11,108 nt of DNA. Source: Octopus sinensis. Lineage: Eukaryota. Within the stretch, counting starts at the first letter, position 1. Each line of letters starts with the position of its first letter. A program made the translations under genes and the position numbers. The DNA lies in contig NW_021827090.1 of assembly GCF_006345805.1 (NCBI RefSeq), positions 1-11,108 on the forward strand. The letters are read 5' to 3'. Under the pieces are notes generated by a model. It was not told where the DNA came from, did no database searches, and was given only the letters and a program-made list of their open reading frames with translations. Positions 8,177 to 11,108 of this stretch are shown here, one piece after another.

Positions 8177-9845
8177 ATGGTTAGTCGCTAAAATCATTGA
8201 AAATATTTCAATAAAACAGAATATCTCTGAAATGATATTTTGTGTATTTATTCTTAAATCCTTCCGGCAAATTCAAACGCAAAATATGTTAGTCGCTGTT
8301 GTGTACGTCAGAGAACAACTCTTCTCTTTTATTCCAACAATTTGCATATTACACACTCGGCTCATTGGCGTAATAAATTCTGGAACATCGCTGTTTCGAC
8401 ATGTTATGTATCGTCAGTAAGAAGCATCCAAACCTTTTGAACCTAAACAAGCTATTGATTTCAGCAAACAAAATTGTTTGCCGATCATCGTTTATATTTG
8501 CCGACTGAAAAGAAATCGTTATTTTGCACGGTGTACAGCGAGATCAGAATCGAAGACTACACATTTCTTCTTGATACGTTCTGGCAGATTCAAAGGCAAA
8601 CTATATTAATTACTGTGTGTATAATACAGGATAACAGCTTCCTTCTATAACGGCAGTGTGTTCATAATAGAATCGTTTCATTGGTGCTAGGAATTCTGGG
8701 ACATCAGGGTTTCAATATGTTATGTTTCATCAGCCAGTCTCACCCGGTCCTTTGAACCTAAACCACAGCCAATAGCTTTGTTTATAATTTCAGCGAACAG
8801 CTGTTTTCTGATCAGTACTAACATGCATCAGCTGATAAGAAATACTTAAAACGTGATCTGAAGTGTTGATTTGTATATGTATTCTTAATACGTTCCGACA
8901 AATGCGAACACAGATATGTTAGTCGTTGTTGTGTTCGTCACCAGAGAACACCTCTTTTTTGCAACGGCAATGTGTTCATTACGCATTCGGCTCATTGTTG
9001 CTAGGGATTCCGGAACACCGATGTTTCCTCACATGTCTCGTCAATCAGACCGACTTGCTCCTCTGAGCCTAAACAACAACTTACAGCTTTGTTTATAATT
9101 TCAGCAAACAAGCTGTTTTGCTGATCAGTGCATGTATGCCAATAGAAATAATTGCTATTTTATAATGAGTACAGCAAAATCCGATGTGATTATTTAGATA
9201 TTTAATCTTAATACAGCACAGAAGATTCGGACGCAAAGATATGGTCATTTATGTTGTGCGCGTTACAGAAGAACAGCATGACAATGGGTTCATAATATAC
9301 TTGGCTCATTGGTGCAAAGGATTCTGGTTCACTATTGTTTCGTCATGTTGCATCTCGTCAGAAGTACCCAAACCTTTTGAGCCAGCACAAGCCCCTCGAT
9401 CTATTTATACTTCCAGCAAACAAGCTGTTGGCTGGTAAGTGTTTATATCTGTCAAGGGTAAAAGAAGAAAAAAATCGTTATTTGATAAAGTGTGCAACAA
9501 AATCCGAAACGGTGGTTTATGGTGAGCTGGCAGAATCGTTAGCACGCCGGGCGAAATGCGTAGCTGTATTTCGTCTGCCGTTACGTTCTGAGTTCAAATT
9601 CCACCGAGGTCGACTTTGCTTTTCATCCTTTCAGGGTCGATAAATAAAGTACCAGTTACGCACTGGGGTCGATGTAATCGACTTAATCAGTTTGTCTGTC
9701 TTTGTCCCCCTCCTTGTGGGCAATAAAGAAATATATATATTATTCCTAAAACTTTCCGGCAGATTCGAACGCAAAAATATGCTAGTGGCTATTATGTACG
9801 TCACAGAGAACAACTTTTTCAATTTACAACGACAATGTGTTCATA
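8177..9845. repeat. Diverged tandem array of ~315-323 bp units (4 full, 2 partial), interrupted by a SINE
   Basis: Homologous unit starts at 8251, 8568, 8882, 9205, 9743 (ttcttaatacgttccggcagattcgaacgcaaa..atatgttagtc); shared blocks aatgtgttcat, ggctcattggtgc, tttgaaccta, tttataatttcagcaaac. Confidence 0.92.
9519..9732 (+). mobile_element. tRNA-derived SINE with Nin/Deu-like central domain (family D), near full length
   Basis: A-box-like tggcagaatcgtt 9528-9540, B-box gagttcaaattcc 9590-9602, gaggtcgactttgcttttcatcctttcagggtcgataaataaagtaccagt 9606-9656, tail ending aataaagaaat. Confidence 0.88.
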
Positions 9846-10265
9846 AAAAGAAGAAAAAAATAGCAATAACTCGATTCATTCAGGACGTCTGAAAAAACAC
9901 AAAGTCTTGAAAGAGAGACACTGAAAGAAACCTTATTCATTGCGAACAAACGGCAAATACACTCCACAGTTTGGACATCCGTAATAAATATCTAAATTAC
10001 TGTAAAACATCCAACTCTCTCTCCATAATTGATAAAACATTCTTGTAAATATCATGAAGAATTAATGCAGGCCAGAATATCGATAAAGTGCTTCGAGAGA
10101 GAAAGAGGATTTTTTTCCACTTTTAAAATACAATTATCTAATTAGAGACAGATTAGTTATCAATAACATCGTTTCTAGCTGTCTCTTTTTTAATAGAGTT
10201 TAGTGTTTGATATAAGCAGAATGGAAATTCTTTTTTTGCTTTTTCTTTTCTTCTATCCGGTATAG

Positions 10266-10311
10266 AAGTATGATATATACTGGAATAAAACATTTTCTGA
10301 ATGACTATCTG
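10266..10311 (+). other. Candidate 46-nt exon
   Basis: Long pyrimidine tract (10228-10258), tatag|aagtatg...tatctg|GTATGT; one open frame SMIYTGIKHFLNDYL. Confidence 0.3.
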
Positions 10312-10342
10312 GTATGTAGAACGGTTGAGATTGGTTGAAAGG

Positions 10343-10393
10343 ATATATAGACTGTATGTATGTATGTATGTATGTATGTATGTATTATGTATG

Positions 10394-10427
<34 letters not shown>

Positions 10428-10724
10428 TGTATATATGCATGTATGTATGCATGCATGTATGTATGTATGTATGTATGTATGTATGTATATATGTATGTAT
10501 GTATGTATGCATGTATGTATGCATGCATGTATGTATGTATGCATGTATGTATGTATGTATGTATGTATGTATGTACGTTCATATGTATGTTTGTGCATGT
10601 ATAGGTATATACATACATAATCACATTTGCACATACATGTATATGTATATTATGTAAATATATACACATATATATACACACCTATATATATATAAGTAAG
10701 TATACATATGTGTGTATGTGCAAG

Positions 10725-10767
<43 letters not shown>

Positions 10768-10950
10768 TATCGATAAATGCATATATGTGTGTGGTATTAT
10801 ATATCCTATATATACATCATACACACACACACACACATATATAATATATATATATACATATATCTATGTATGTATATATGTATGATGTATGTATGTATGT
10901 ATGTTTGTGTGTATGTATGTATGTATGTATGTATGTATGTATGTATGTAT
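10343..10950. repeat. (TATG)n array (10343-10575) followed by mixed TA/CA/TATG tracts
   Basis: Directly visible. Confidence 0.95.
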
Positions 10951-11108
10951 ATATTCCTTAATAGAAGGAACATTTCAGCCGGTTAAACATCTGTAATAAA
11001 TCAGGCAATTAACTTGATGGACGATGTGTATTGATTGTTCGATTTAAGACTCTCCATACATGACAGAATCAGTTCATTTTCCCAAGATAAATTGAAGGAC
11101 ACTACGGA

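Noticed and set aside
8400-9435. C/D-box snoRNA cluster
   Set aside because: CTGA occurs, but TGATGA appears in one unit only and in the wrong order/spacing.
9755-9790. Minus-strand B-box-like gttcgaatc suggesting tandem tRNA/Pol III genes
   Set aside because: No properly spaced A-box, no cloverleaf, and poorly kept in other units.
8251-9845. Protein repeat of ~107 aa (cadherin-like, VYVTENN)
   Set aside because: Units switch frames, contain stops, substitutions hit all codon positions, and DxD/LDRE/DxNDN motifs are absent.

Overview
Eukaryotic, AT-rich, microsatellite-saturated non-coding DNA (intron or intergenic). The SINE/MITE families, recognised from memory rather than by search, point to an octopus (coleoid cephalopod) genome. 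No convincing protein-coding gene is present: most listed ORFs are translations of simple repeats. The window holds five tRNA-derived SINE copies plus a small relic, a mariner-derived MITE, two retroelement 3' ends embedded in tetranucleotide arrays, a 24-bp minisatellite and many (TATG)n/(GATA)n/(TA)n/trinucleotide arrays. The least explained feature is an old, diverged tandem array of ~315-323 bp units (8177-9845) with a palindrome kept in every full unit and 18-nt micro-exon-like splice geometry. Several isolated candidate exons are reported at low confidence.
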